Positions 12,259 to 25,885 of a DNA stretch of 64,000 bases are shown one piece after another (the stretch's first letter is position 1; every line of letters begins with the position of its first letter). This DNA is from Eledone cirrhosa (Eukaryota). Where the stretch lies: the NCBI GenBank assembly GCA_964016885.1, contig OZ024741.1:221836001-221900000 (forward strand). Direction: 5' to 3'. Position numbers and translations under genes: made by a program. The notes below the pieces were generated by a model. That model searched no databases and had not been told where the DNA came from. It saw only the letters and a list, made by a program, of their open reading frames with translations.

Positions 12259-13225
12259 ATTATTTTGTTCCTGTTACATCATGCATGCTTATTTTATACT
12301 TTGCTCCTTTGCAAACTTTTGTCGTTTGCATACCTTTACCTTCCTTGTTTTGTTCTGTACGCCTTCTCGCTACATTTAACTTCTTCATTATCGTCTATCG
12401 TCTGGAGGAGGGTATTGTAGTGACTGGTGCCACCTTTATCCGAGGAACAAAACTAATTGGAGTTACTTCCCCGTGGCCCGAATATAAGGGAGTGTTCTGG
12501 CGCCTCTCTCTCTCTTGCAGCTTGACTTTGCTAAGGTAAACACCAATTCTTCTTTTGCTCCACAAACACGAACAATTTGTAATGACAAAACATTACTACG
12601 GGTCTGGCCAACACCTCAGCCAGTCGACCGTACCTTCTCTTGCAATCTTAATTGGTTTATATAATTTCTTTTGGCATGCCAGCTTAATCCACCTCTTAAC
12701 CTTTGTTAATAAATTATGTAAAAACATGCTAAAGTCTTGGTGATATATTTATTATATATTTTCTGCTAAAAGATCATCAATGATATTCATCATCTTCATA
12801 AATAGAAAGAACAAAAATGGAAATAAAATAATCACTCCTAGATTGATTTGGTCATTCATAAATCCTACATCAATCTGTACCAGTAATACGTAATGGGTAA
12901 ATCAACTATACTTTTCTCCTACAAAAGTTATACATGTACCTGATAGGAAAGGGGCACCCCTATCTCTAAAATATCCAAGAGGCTGCTTATGAGATGCAAC
13001 TTTGTAAGAGGCCATTTAAATCTGCATAGGTGTGAGCTGTAACAATAACAGCATGAGATAATTGAGGGCCTATCATTAAAACACCAAAGAAATCTCTTAT
13101 GAGATACTACATTATAGGAAGTCAGCTAAACCTGTATAAGTGTGAGCTGTAAATTTCATTTTTTACCTAATCAACAACAATGAATATTAAGAAATGCCTG
13201 AAAGATTTGAAAAGAATTGACCAAC

Positions 13226-13355
13226 CGGTAAAGCAAATTCTTGAGAATATCCAGAGTGAAGATTAATCCCAGCAATTCCTGGTGGAGAATGTTCTAGATT
13301 CACACCTCCAATAAGGAAGAGGTTATCACCAACAATATGTGCTGTGTGAGAGTAG
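13226..13355 (-). CDS. LCMT2: LCMT2/TYW4 exon 15 (YSHTAHIVGDNLFLIGGVNLEHSPPGIAGINLHSGYSQEFALP)
   Basis: PRYSHTAH...L.LIGGV motif; AG/GT bounded; phase matched. Confidence 0.93.
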
Positions 13356-13869
13356 CTGGAACAATAAAGCAGAAAACGGTGATTAAAGATTAAAATGCCA
13401 TTTGTGAAATATAAATAATAAATAAAAACAAATTAAAGTTTTCGCTCTGACATAGCTGTATACATATAAGTATGTAAATTTTGTATATCTAATTATATAT
13501 GGTATGTTTACGAATAAACATTTAGAAAGCCTTCTAGCTATGAATATTGAAAAGCTGACAGCTAGTGTCATCTAGCAGATTCCAGCAGCAGTAACGGGGG
13601 ACAACTGCCAATGCCTTTCTGGCTCTGACCATCATCAGGACAATACTTCCTTACTCTCTGCTAGAATTTGAAACAAATGAAAATACATAGTTTTTTTGCC
13701 TATGTAGATGGGCTGCGCATGGTAGTGGAGTGGCTAGTACAGCCATGTGCGAGACCCCCACCTCCACACCCCACCCTAACCATCATCAAGCAATTGCACA
13801 ACAGCAACAATAATAATGATGATAATGATTCTAAATATTTTTCATTGCAGAGAAAAAGGAAAAATCAAC

Positions 13870-16860
13870 GAAAGATGACACATCTCAGGGTTGCCACACT
13901 TAATGTTGGTACACTGAGAGGTAGATCTGATGAGATAGTGGAGATGCTAGAAAAAAGAAAAGTGGATGTGTGCTGCGTGCAAGAGGTAAGATGGAAAGAT
14001 GCCTCAGCAAGACTAATCACAGGCAAACACCTTAGCTATAAGCTTCTCTGGGTAGGAAATGATGATGGGTTAGGTGGGGTAGGCATTTTACTGGCCAAGA
14101 AGTGGATCAACAAAAAATAGTGGTAGTTAGAGTAAGTAATAGAATCATTAAGATTAGATTAGTTGGAGGCAACAGACTGCTGACAATTATCTCTACCTAT
14201 GCTCCCAAAGTGAGCCTAGGTAAAGAAGAGGACTGCTTTTATGAGCAACTTCTAGAGTCAACCATAGTGACAAAGGACAGACCTAGTCATACTAGCAAAT
14301 GACTTCAATGGTCATGTTGGGCAGCTCCAAGATGGATATACTGGGGTACATGGTGGTCATGGTTATGGCTCAAGAAACGAAGGAGTGTGGCTTCTTGAAT
14401 TTTGTGATGCACTAACTTCAGGAAACCTGCCAATCACCTAATTACCTATCAATCAGGCAAGCACATAAGCCAGATTGACTTCTTGCTAGTTAGGCAACGA
14501 GACAGACAGCTGGTTACGAATACTAAGACATACCCTGGGGAAGAATGTACCCCCCAGCATAGGTTAGTCGTTAATGACATCTGAATAAGCAAGAGACAAA
14601 ATGAGACACACAGGAAGGTGTGGAAAAGGAAGGTCTGGAAGCTAAAGGACCTTTCATTTAAATATAAATTTAGGAAAGCCCTTCAAGATGTGTATGACGA
14701 GAAAGAAGATGAATTAGAATTGTATGATATAGAAGATAACTGGAAGTTCTTACGCAACAACCTACTGCAAGAAACTGAAGAGACTTGTGGCTGGAGCAAA
14801 GCTCCAACCAGACAGAGGGGGACTTGGTGGTGGAACAGCATGGTAGATAGAGCCATTAAAGACAAAAGACAAGCGTGGAAGGATTGGAAAAATGGGGGGA
14901 GTAAAGACGGATACTCAGCCACTAAAAGAGAGGCTAGACATCAAGTATACTTGGCACACAGGGAAGCTGAGAGTAGCAGGTTTGTCAATGTTCTGCAGTA
15001 AGAGGATCAGAGATATGAGGTGTTCCGCATTGCAAGGCAGTGTGTCAGTGTAAATCAGGATGTTGTTGGAGATAAGTGTGTCGAAATGATGCTGGTACAA
15101 TTAGCGTCACTGATGCTCAGAAAAAGGAGGCCTAGAAATGTCAGTATGAGAGACTGATGAATGTTAAGAATGAATGGGAGAGAGAGAAACTACCCCCAGT
15201 AGACCCAACAGAGGGACTAGCTATTGAGGTTGACGGCTATAGGGTCCAAGAGGCAATTAAGGAAATGAGAAGTGGTGAGGCTGCTGGACCATCAGGGATA
15301 GTTGCTGAGATGCTGAAGGCATCAGGAGAAGTAGGAACTAAACTGGTTGCACATATAGTCAGTCAAGTTATATATGGCGGAGTCATACCCAAAGACTGGT
15401 GCAGCAGTATTCTAATAAATTGCTACAAAGGTAAAGGGGGTGCTCTGGAGAGGAGCAATTATACGGGCATAAAACTAATGGATCAGGTTATGAAAATGAC
15501 AGAAAGAGTGCTAGCACAAATAATTAGAGAAAGAGTCAAATTAGATGAGACGCAGTTTGGTTTTGTGCCTGGGAAAAGTACAACAGATGCCTTCTTCATA
15601 GTGAGACAACTACAAGAGAAGTTCTTAGAGAAGAATAAGCCACTATATTTAGCTTTTGTTGACCGAGAGAAGGCCTTTGATAGAGTACCTTGATCTGTCA
15701 TCTGGTGGTCTCTAAGGAAACTAGGTGTAGAGGAATGGCTTGTGAGGACAGTGTAAGCTATCTACAGAGGAGTTGTCAGTAAAGTGAGAGTAAGAATGGA
15801 GTTTAGTGAGGAATTCCAGATACAAGTAGGAGTTCATCAGGGTTCAGTCCTCAGTCCGCTCTTATTCATTATAGTCCTCCAAGCCATAACCGAGGAGTTT
15901 AAGACTGGATGTCCATGGGAACTTCTCTATGCTGATGATCTGGTACTTATAGCAGAATCAGTAGAGGAGCTAGAGAATAAATTCTGGCTATGGAAACAGC
16001 AGTTGGAATCAAGACTAAAGTGTTGATAAGTAGGAAAGGGGAAATGGCCATGTTCGATATGTAGAAAAGGAGTTGGCATAAATTCTATAGAATGTACACA
16101 ATGCAGATCTTGGGTACACAAGAGATGTAGTGGGATAGCAGGCAAACTAACAGGTAGGGAAAACTTCATATGTAGTAGATGTTCAGGGAAAATTGATAGT
16201 AGAAGTGTCAGTGATAGGCACATTTTTCAAATACAGGTAGGATATATAGAGGTGGTTGATAGCTTTTGATATCTAGGTGATCAGATTAGCAAGGGAGGGG
16301 AGATGCTCCAAGATCATAGTATCTAGAATAAGGACAAGATGGAAGAAGTTTAGGGAGCTGCTTCCTCTGTTGACAACAAAGGGTTTCTCCTTACGAACGA
16401 AAGGTCGGTTATATGATCCCTGTGTGAGATGCACGATGCTGCATGGTAGTGAAACATGGGCAGCAACTGCAGAGTATATGCAATGGCTGAGAGAAATGAA
16501 GCAAGCATGCTCCGATGGATGTGCAATGTCAATGTGCGTGAATGACCAAGCATAGATGAGTTGAAAGAGAAACTGTGTATAAGAGGGATAAGTTGTAGTG
16601 TGCGGGAGAGAAGACTGTATTGGTATGGCCATGTGATGTGCATGGAGGATGACTGCTGGGTAAAGAAGCGCCAAGAAATTCTGGTGGAAGGAAGACCACA
16701 AAAAACATGGGCGGAGGTGGTGAGAGTTGACCTCAGATCGCTGACGCTCACAGAAGAGATGACGAGGGACCCTGACGAATGGAGAGACGCTGTGCTGAAG
16801 AGGACCCATCCCACCCTTGCAAACAGGAAAAAGCAGACTTAAAATGATGATGATGATGAT
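13870..16860 (+). mobile_element. Near-full-length decayed RTE LINE (APE endonuclease, RT, PHD-like finger)
   Basis: TLNVGTL..CVQEVRW endonuclease, QFGF, KAFDRVP, HQGSVLSP and YADD motifs; multiple stops and frameshifts; (GAT)n tail. Confidence 0.92.
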
Positions 16861-17221
16861 ATGAAATTCATAAAAACAAATATTGCGACAAAGAATTTAA
16901 CCCTCTTGTGACTTAATTTCCAATGAAATTCCTTGTATTTCAATTAATTAATGAAGAATCTTTAGAGATTTATTAAAATCATTAAGACGGTAACTTAACA
17001 TAAGAATCTTGTATAAAATTATGTAAGATTTGATTTTAAATGTGTGGTTTGGGGATTTACTAAAATGATTTAATTACTAAGATAGTACTTTAACAAATGG
17101 TTCTTTTCTAAAATTATTTTGGAAGATTTTTATTTAAATATAGGTGGCTTTATTTCATAGAATTAGAGCTGGTTTTGACCCAGTTGGTATCGAATGGGTT
17201 GATCATGATGATGATAATTAC

Positions 17222-17406
17222 CGTGGATATAAAATACCAGAAATTTCTAGAACCTTCCATTGAAATGTGTATAAATCAAGAATGTATATAGTTCTTGAAG
17301 GTATCAGTTCTTGTGTGAGTCCTCCAGACAGCACCAACCAATTGTTCTTCCATAAACAACAAGTGTGACTGTGCAGTCCGACTGGTTTACTGCCATGAGT
17401 ATCAAT
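17222..17406 (-). CDS. LCMT2: LCMT2/TYW4 exon 14 (IDTHGSKPVGLHSHTCCLWKNNWLVLSGGL...LYPR)
   Basis: Kelch HSH...SGGL pattern; AG acceptor and GTAATT donor. Confidence 0.93.
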
Positions 17407-18917
17407 CTACAACAAAACAGAAAACAGTTAAATCTTTAACGGTAGTTTTAACACAGTAGAACTAATGAACAGATCAAAATATTTTATTTACATATGAATA
17501 TCCATATAGGTACACAGTGTCTCTGCATATCATAAAAAGTGACTAAAAGGGTATTTGGCTGTAAAACATTGCCTCAAAAGACTCCAGCCAACCAATACCA
17601 GTAGGGAAAAGTTGACTTAACCCTTTAGCATATCCGGCCAGATTTCTCTCATTTCTTTCTGTTCAAACTGGCCATAAGCGGATGCTTATACTTATGTTAA
17701 TGTATTGTTCTCAAAATAAATAATATCAAAATCTCATACATTCGATACTATGTGAGATAAAGCCTTTACTGTGAAAATAGAATAGTAAATATAGAGTAAT
17801 GTAAATGCTAAAAGGTTAAAAACGATTATGAATATGAATCACTATTTATATAATGAATATGATTTACATTACATACAAATAAGCACTACAACACTAAAAG
17901 TAAACATGGTGAAAGACCCAGGGCTATTGTTTGGCAATTGAAATTATAATATAGGGCTAGAGAGGATTTTACAGACTGGCCTAGTATGTGACATCTTTAG
18001 TGCTGCTGTCATGATAAAATGTACCCAGTACACATTGTAAAGGGTTAGTGTTGGTACCACGATAAAATGCCCCCAACCCACTCTATAAAGTTGTAACACC
18101 GGTGTCACAAAAATGCATCCAGCACACCCTGTATAGAAACCATGCCAAATATGGATTGTAACAAGCAAGATTAGTTGCTCTGACTTGCCTGTTCTTTGAC
18201 TGTAACAACCTGTCCAACCCATGCCAGTATTAAAAGAAGGCGTAAAATCATGATAATATTAAATACAACTTACACATAAACCTATGTAGGTTTTGCTAGT
18301 CTCACTTCAAGTTGTTTCTCATAGGAGGTTTCATGAGTGTTTTAATAATAGGGACCCCAGTCTTATCACGAAAAACAATGTGAAATAAAGTATGTTGCTG
18401 AAGAACACAATACGCCACCTGGTCCAGGAATTGAACCCACAACCTTATGATCATAAGTCAAACTAGGCCACACACCTTCAAATTAAATCAAATCTAAACT
18501 GGCATTCTTCTGTCATTATCACCACCCTAATTTGTACTACCAAATTTCTAATTTAAGACATTGCTTATGGTCTTCAGATAATCTTGAAAATAATCAAGAA
18601 TTTGGAAGGATTTGGTAACATAACTTTCATATTATTAATCTGATGTTTGGAACATAACAGAGGTTCTTACGTAAAATTATGATGAAAGGTTTTTAGGTAA
18701 ATATAAACACTTTAACACTTTCGTGACCTCATCTCTAATGAAAGTTACTGCCTGTAATTTTTAAATAATCAAGAATTTGGAGGGATAACTAATTTTCTTC
18801 TTATTTATCTGGCCTTTGGAACATAACTTAACAAAGGTTCTTACATAAAATTATGATGAAAGGTTTATAGATAAATATAAGCACTTTAACTCTAATGAAA
18901 AACAAAGTCTATGTTTT

Positions 18918-19205
18918 AATAATAATAATGAAATTATTGTGTACAGTGCTCAGGTGCACTACAACTCATCAAAGGTGCATGTATAGTACATAGAATAATA
19001 TACAAATGTCAGGAAAGTGAACAGTGTACGAGTCATGATATAGATGTGTGCGTGTGTATGGAAGGGGGACATCAGGTACAGTGTTGGCGAATCTCAAAAA
19101 GCATGGAGGTTTTAAAGGATGCAGTGTCTTGGTAGCTAACAGCTGATGCAGGTAGTTTGTTCCATGCTTCAGCAACTCTGGGCATGAAAAAATGTTTCTG
19201 AAAGT
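18918..19205 (-). mobile_element. CR1/L2-type LINE 3' tip
   Basis: Matches 25886-26175, including the (TAT)n tail. Confidence 0.85.
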
Positions 19206-19408
19206 CCTATTGAAAATAATCATGAATTTGGAGAGATTTAGTAATATGACTAACTCCTCATTATAAAGTTGGTGTTTTGTACATAACTGAACAAGTTTCC
19301 TTACATAAAACTGTGATAAATATAAACAATCTAAAACAGGGGCTGTTTCCCGTGGTTTGCTATCAAAAGAGATAAGTTATAGAAAATATAACAAAAGCTG
19401 TAACCAAC

Positions 19409-19506
19409 CTTGGACCATTTCCATGAAGTTAAATCTAAAACATAACAGTCATCAAGCGAAGATTGTTCCTCTGTTTTTCCTCCAAATATAATCAGTTGTG
19501 GGACAG
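19409..19506 (-). CDS. LCMT2: LCMT2/TYW4 exon 13 (AVPQLIIFGGKTEEQSSLDDCYVLDLTSWKWSK)
   Basis: Kelch IFGG...L.D...LD....W pattern; AG/GT bounded; phase matched. Confidence 0.93.
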
Positions 19507-20609
19507 CTGTCAATATAGAAAACCTTTCTGTTAAGGAGGGAATATAGTCATCTTTTCAAAGAAACAACTGTTTTACAAAATTTTAAGCAATTTTGAAAAT
19601 ATGTTAGCTTATTGTAAGTTGTAACAGCGCAAGTTTGACTATAAAATAGTTGAACAAGATGAGCATATAAATACTTAAAGGCCAAAGCTGAAGCACATAC
19701 ACAATATGCCCCCCCCCCCCCACTCTCAACCTCCCACTGTAAAGTGGACGTGTAGGTGTCACAAGAAAAAGCACCCAGCCCACACTGTAAAGTGGTCGTG
19801 TCGGTGTCACGACAAAAAGCATCCAGTACTCACTGTAAATGAGGTTGGTGTTGGGAAGGGCAAGCCAAAATCAGTTCTGTATGAGCAAGATATGGTCACC
19901 TGACCTAGCATTGCCCACAACAGGACAACTTGTCTAACCCATGCTAGCATGGAAAAATGGACATAAACTGGTGACAATGATGATGGTTATAAAATGAACA
20001 GAGTTAACTGCAAGAATCAAACTCACATCTGCTGTATGCTGGGCGTTTATGCTACCATTACACGAAAGTCTGACTAACCACTAACCAGTAATTTCTTTTA
20101 ACCTTATCTATTAACCAGGAAATGTAAACAAATAAACAATCATTTTACAAAGTGTTGTGTGAATTTGAATTTTGAAGATATGTATTGTAAGCTTCTACAA
20201 AACAGGTTTAACTATTTTATAGTTAAACTTTCACTGCAGCAGTTTACAATAAGCTAAAATACCTTCAAAATTCAAATTTTCTTCTCCAATAATCAATGTT
20301 GAAAATTTACAATAATTAATTTTTTTTTTTATATTTAAGAAGTATATGTTATGCCATGACCCCTTAACTCCTGATGAACTCATGGAGGTGCCATATTGGA
20401 CATTCTAAACCTGGTAGAGTCCAGCCCTCTCCACAGCTGATTTCTTCTTCTTCCGAGAGGGAGGGTGTGAAAGAGTTAGAGGAAGAATCAACCACAGTAC
20501 TCAACAGGATTTGAACTTAGAACGCTGATAGCCAGAACAAATATAACAAAACATTCTATCTGACATTCTAACAACTCTGCTAATTAACTGACTTATAAAA
20601 TATATTTAA

Positions 20610-20830
20610 CCCTTTAGCATTTAAACCGGCCATATCTAGCCAGAATTCTCTCACCTCTTTCTGTTCAAACTGGCTGTAATTGGCTGCTCATAATGATGTT
20701 AAGGTATTGTTCTCAAAATAAATAACATCAAAATCTCATTGATTCAATATTATGTGAGATAATTATGTACAGTAAAGCCTTTACTGTGAAAATATAATAG
20801 TATATATTGAGTAATGTAAATGCTAAAGGG
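20610..20830. mobile_element. piggyBac-type MITE
   Basis: TTAA-CCCTTTAGCATTTA...TAAATGCTAAAGGG-TTAA. Further copies occur at 17621-17815, about 47445-47960 and about 59200-59410. Confidence 0.85.
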
Positions 20831-20926
20831 TTAAAAAAAAAAGTTTCTTGTGCTATTTTTAGGTTTGCAGATGGCTGGCCCAGACTTTGATTCCCCAACC
20901 AACCTCTCACCTAACATATTTAATCC

Positions 20927-21657
20927 TCATGATACTAAGAAGTCTTCCTGTGAACGTGACCTGGGCATTACGGTCAGCAGCGATTTGCGTTGGACGAGGC
21001 ACGTCTCTAAAATTGTCAAGAGGGTGTCTTAGCATCACTCAGCAAGACCTTTGTTAGCCGCTCTCCAGCTATCTATTTAAGGCTGTATACAGCTATGGTG
21101 CGACCACACTTAGAATTTGCATCACCAGTCTGGAACCCCTATCTTGCTCAGGACATTGACCGCCTGGAAACTGTTCAGAGACGTGCAACCAAGCGAATAC
21201 CCTCCATCAGGCATCTACCATACTCTGAGCGCCTTGCTTCCCTGGGCATGGATTCATTGAAGCTCCGACGCCTGGCAACTGACTTGGTAAACACCCACAA
21301 AATTGTTAACCATGTTGCCAACAACAACCCTGAGTGCCTTTTCGATTTCCATGTGTCTAACACACGTGGACATGCCCACAAAGTAAGAAAACAGCACAGT
21401 TCCCATGACTTTCGGAAACATTTTTTCACGCTCAGAGTTGCTGAAGCATGGAACAAACTACCTGCATCAGTTGTTAGCTGTCGAGACACTGCATCCTTTA
21501 AGGCCTCCATGCTTCCCGAGATCCGCCAACACTACAGCTAACACATACACACATGTACTTCCCTGACATTTGTGTATTATTCTATGTACTATATTGACGA
21601 GTTGTAGTGCACCTGAGCACTTTACACAATAATTTCATTATTATTATTATTATTATT
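20927..21657 (+). mobile_element. CR1/L2-type LINE 3' fragment
   Basis: ERDLG, VRPHLEFASPVWNP, LETVQRRAT, TRGH and FFT.RV...WN.LP motifs; (ATT)n tail. Confidence 0.9.
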
Positions 21658-22802
21658 AAACCATTAGAAACCATACCTAATTCTATGATACAAAACTTTA
21701 TTCTAAAGTGTTAATATTTACCTCAAAATCTCCCATCATAGTTCTATGTAAGAATCTTTATTATGTTATGTTCCAAACAACAGCTTAATAATAAGGAAGT
21801 TAGTTATATTACTAAATCCCTTCAAATTATTGATTATTTTCAATATTATTTGAAAATCAAAGCAGTTTCATTAGAAGTAAGGTAATGAAAGAATTTTTAT
21901 TTATCTAAAAACCTTCCATCATAAATTTATATATGAACTTTTGTTAAGTTAGTTTCAAATACCAGATTAATAACGAGAAATCCCTCCAAATTCATGATTA
22001 TTTCAAAAATTATTTGAAAATCATAGGTAATGTATTTCATTAAAAATATGGAACCAAGTGTTTTAAGGTTATTTTCACTGCTAAAGGAGCCATTAGCCTT
22101 GTGGGCCCTATGATAGGTTTCGTATTCATCATGGGATCCTTTATAAGATAATGTTTTATGGCCAGATGTCCTTCCCTTTTATTCAGCTCTTATGACATGC
22201 AATGTTATGGTGAACCCAGTCTAGGCCAAATACGCTCTGTAAGTATATATTTCTTTTATATTAGAAATATGGTAATGAAAGGGTTAATTAATAATGGAGT
22301 ACAAATGTAAGTTTACATCATCATCATTATTATTTTACATCTGCTTTCCAGCAGTTTTAAGGCCAGATGCCTTTCCTGACACCAACCTATTTAGTTGCCT
22401 TTTACAAGAGGTAAACAAAATAAATTTCTTTGAAATGAGGTACAACATTATTGTTTTACATCTGTTTTCCATGATGGTATGGGTTGGACAGGTTGTCAGT
22501 CTGAAACCAAACAGGTTGGAGCTATCACATCTTGCTCGTATGTTTTATATTTGCCAGGGTTTTTACAAATACCTTTTCTAATGCCAACAACCTTACAGAG
22601 TTTACTGACTACATTTTTCATGGGACCAGCACTGCCACTTTACAAAATGTACTGGGTGAATTTTTCATAGCACTAGCACTATCACTCTATAGAGTGTACT
22701 GGATACATTTTATTGTGGCACCAACTTTAGAGAGGTTGTCATATGCATAGCCAGGCTAAAGACTCCTATAGTATGTATTATTTTTGTAATTAAAATAATT
22801 AC

Positions 22803-23234
22803 CATTCTTATGGAACATTGTGGCTGTATGTCTCCATCTTGCACAAGGTTGTTCACCATACAATTTCACTTTCTTTAATATCATATTATAACTAGATCTT
22901 AAATCAAACTTTAAGAAGCCCGACATCTGTTCATCTTCCTCATGAGTAGTGGGTGTATGAATGGGATCACAAGAGCTCTCTGTAGTGAAGGTAGGATGGT
23001 TGGAGCTCTCTGTAGTGAAGGTAGGATGGTTGGAGCTATCTGTAGTGAGTATAGTACCATGATCACTGGAGCTATCTGTACTGGCTGTGGGAACAGGAGG
23101 GCTGGAGTTATCTGTTATGTCTTCTAGTTTTACTAATATGGCATGTTGACAAGCTTTGCGAGGTGACACCCTTCCAGCAAATATGAAAACTGTGTTACTA
23201 GCTATCACAGTACTTGTGTGATACATACGGGACA
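22803..23234 (-). CDS. LCMT2: LCMT2/TYW4 exon 12, Kelch repeats (SRMYHTS...FAGRVSP...S/T-rich insert...PCARWRHTAT)
   Basis: Lies within ORF 22756..23352; GRxSP and ARWRH motifs typical of TYW4; AG acceptor and GTAATT donor. Confidence 0.93.
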
Positions 23235-24105
23235 CTAGAAAATATAAAGAGAGAAATAATTTACTGTTATTGTAATGTTTAAATCTTAACATCCTGTAAC
23301 AATTTAGCAGAAAATATTTAAAAGCAGGTTTCTTTACTAGTAGACAAATCATTGTGAAAATCTGCAGTAAACTAACATAAAGGCTTTAATGTTTAATGTG
23401 ATGCAGTCTCAGTCCTGTTTTATACTTTACAAGAATGTCTTGCTAATGCTGTTTCATGTGATTTATTAATTCAAATGTTTATATTATTTTTATTAGTGGA
23501 CAGTTGGTTGTGAAAATTTATAGTATTAAAGTAAAGTCTTTTTTATTTGATGTAATGCAGTCATATTGCTGTTTTGTACTTTTCAAAAATGTTATACCAG
23601 TATAGATTTTAAGAAAGTCTTGTTTTGTACTTTTTAAGAATGTCTTGCTAATGTATCTAAGAAAGGAAATATTAAAACAAAGAATTTAATACTTAATGCA
23701 ATATTTTCAACACATATGCTTCTAAAGCATGTGGTTTTATGCTCAGTCCCACTGCATGACACCTTGGAGAAGTGTCTTTTACTAGAGCCTTGCATCAATC
23801 TTGTGAGTGGAATCGGTAGTCAAAAATTATGTAGAAGCCCATCGTTTGTATGTATGCATGTTTTTGCATGCATCTTTGCCTCCAAAACACTGTTAAGACA
23901 GTGAATCTTCACCATACTGAAAAGTATGGGTTGGCAACAGGAACAGCATCTCTTTGAAGAAATGTGTCATGAATAAAGCAGAAACAGAGCAAAACTTGAA
24001 AATATTTCAATAATTTCATTAACACCTAAACTTCATTATAATCTCAATAATGTCACTTCATATTTTTTCTTTTGCATATTTAGAAATTGAGAAAAAAAAG
24101 AAAAC

Positions 24106-24375
24106 CTTCTATCTGTTTTCCAAACTCTGATGTTGGAAACACCACTGTTTCCAAAGATTTCATGTCAATGATTGAAATAGTAGACAGTCGCTGGTGATAC
24201 CCATTTTCCACTCCAAATCCTCCTAGTATTACCAATAATCTGGAAGGAATTATACTACATGAATGTCCAAATCTCATAACTGTCTCAGATGAGAACAATG
24301 ATTTTATGATTCCATCATTAATTTTGGTCACTTCTGTTGCAAGGGAAGCAGTTCGATGTATCGTGTCAAGTTTTG
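24106..24375 (-). CDS. LCMT2: LCMT2/TYW4 exon 11, linker and first Kelch repeat (...RFGHSCS...LVILGGFG..GYHQR...)
   Basis: Lies within ORF 24080..24391; Kelch RFGH/GGFG pattern; phase matched. Confidence 0.92.
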
Positions 24376-24647
24376 CTGAAACAGAAAACATTTAAAATAA
24401 ATAAAGATGTTTTGATATATTGTTTAATACAAAAAACCCATCCACTGTCATGCTAAAAGTAGATGTGACAAGAGATGCTGGTGCCACTTTAAAATGAACC
24501 CAGTACACTCTGTAAAGTAGGTGATAATTAAATGGAGCCAATATAGGGAACAAAGGACTCTTCAGTCGAGCCACACATATGGTGGTGGTGGTGGTATGAT
24601 GATAATGATAAGTAAATATCAGTAATATAGGAGTAAAGAGAACTCAC

Positions 24648-24837
24648 ATTGAATTTGCTTGATGTAGTTGTTTGGAGAACCAATGCTGGCCCAGATAATG
24701 ATGTAGTGACTGCAAACTAAATTCCAGCCTTCAAATTCATCAAACAACTCTCTCTGTTCAATATCTTCTTTCTCTTGCATTGGAACCAGATTAAAGAATA
24801 TATCATTCATATCCCAGCATTTACACACCTCCCAACC
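24648..24837 (-). CDS. LCMT2: LCMT2/TYW4 exon 10 (GWEVCKCWDMNDIF...ELFDEFEGWNLVCSHYIIIWAS...)
   Basis: GW....DMN and E.FDEFE.W...C.HY motifs; AG acceptor and GTGAGT donor. Confidence 0.95.
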
Positions 24838-25214
24838 CTGTACAAATGAAACAATCGAAACACAATTGAAATAAAACAGAAGGCAAAATATATGTAATAC
24901 AAAATTGATTGACATATAAACATATGATTGACATATAAACATACTATTAATATATATATATCAATGATGTGTTTATGTGTAAATTATATTCATTATATAT
25001 ATTGTATGTAGGGCAATTAGAGTGCTGAACAATTGCTTAGCAGTGTTTGTTCCAGCTTTTACGTTTTGAGTTTAAATCCCACCAAGGTCAACTTTACCTT
25101 TCATACTTCTGAGGATGATACATTAAGCTACCAGTCAAGAACTGGGGTTGATGTAATCAACTTACCTCTCCCAACAAATTACTGGCCTTGTGGCTAAATT
25201 TGAAAATATACGAA

Positions 25215-25340
25215 TTGTGTTTATGTGCAAATAATATTCATTATATAAATTGTGTTTATATCTAAATAATATTCATTATAAATATTGTGTTTATATGTAA
25301 ATAATATTCATTATATAAATAGTGTTTATATGTAAATAAA
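25215..25340. repeat. ~36-bp tandem repeat, 3-4 copies
   Basis: ttgtgtttatatgtaaataatattcattatataaa recurs. Confidence 0.8.
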
Positions 25341-25499
25341 ATAACCAAATGCTTAGTCCCAATCTATTTAGAATATGTCTTTCTGTAGCAAACAATGAAG
25401 GAAAAAATAACCATCATAATAATTAGTTGTAGCTAAACAAGATAGCATTAATATATTTACATAATTAAGAGACTCAAAAATATTCCACTGCAACTATAT

Positions 25500-25728
25500 T
25501 TAACCCTTTTGTTACCATATTTCTAATGAAAGCTATGGCCTATGACTTTCCATTAACTTTGAAAAAAATTTGAAGTTACTAATATAACTAACTTCATTAT
25601 TTAGCTTGTGTTTGGATCATCACGTAACAAAGATTCTTACATAAAATTATGATGGAAGGCTTTAGAAATATGAACAACTTAAAATAAACCAGGGTTAGTT
25701 TCAGACAGTTTGGTATTAAAAGCGTTAA
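25500..25728. mobile_element. Abundant old AT-rich piggyBac-like MITE family (representative copy)
   Basis: ttaaCCCTTTTG...AAAAG(C/G)Gttaa ends. Diverged copies occur at about 2660-2915, 16900-17200, 18540-18900, 21660-22290, 31255-31795, 36525-36900, 37250-37492, 42200-42716, 46790-47243, 51100 and 52740. Confidence 0.65.
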
Positions 25729-25760
25729 ATAAAAACAAAATAATAATACATTATACACAC

Positions 25761-25851
25761 CAGTTTAAAAAATCTCTCTGTTTGGGAATGTAAGCTAGGA
25801 AAAGTATTAATACATTTCAAAGGTGATCCAGTCTTCTTAAAATGGTTCTGC
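25761..25851 (-). CDS. LCMT2: LCMT2/TYW4 exon 9 (QNHFKKTGSPLKCINTFPSLHSQTERFFKL)
   Basis: HF...SPL....FP.L..Q..RF motif; AG/GT bounded. Confidence 0.92.
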
Positions 25852-25885
25852 CTAATAGAATTAAAATGCAATGAATTATTTTAAA

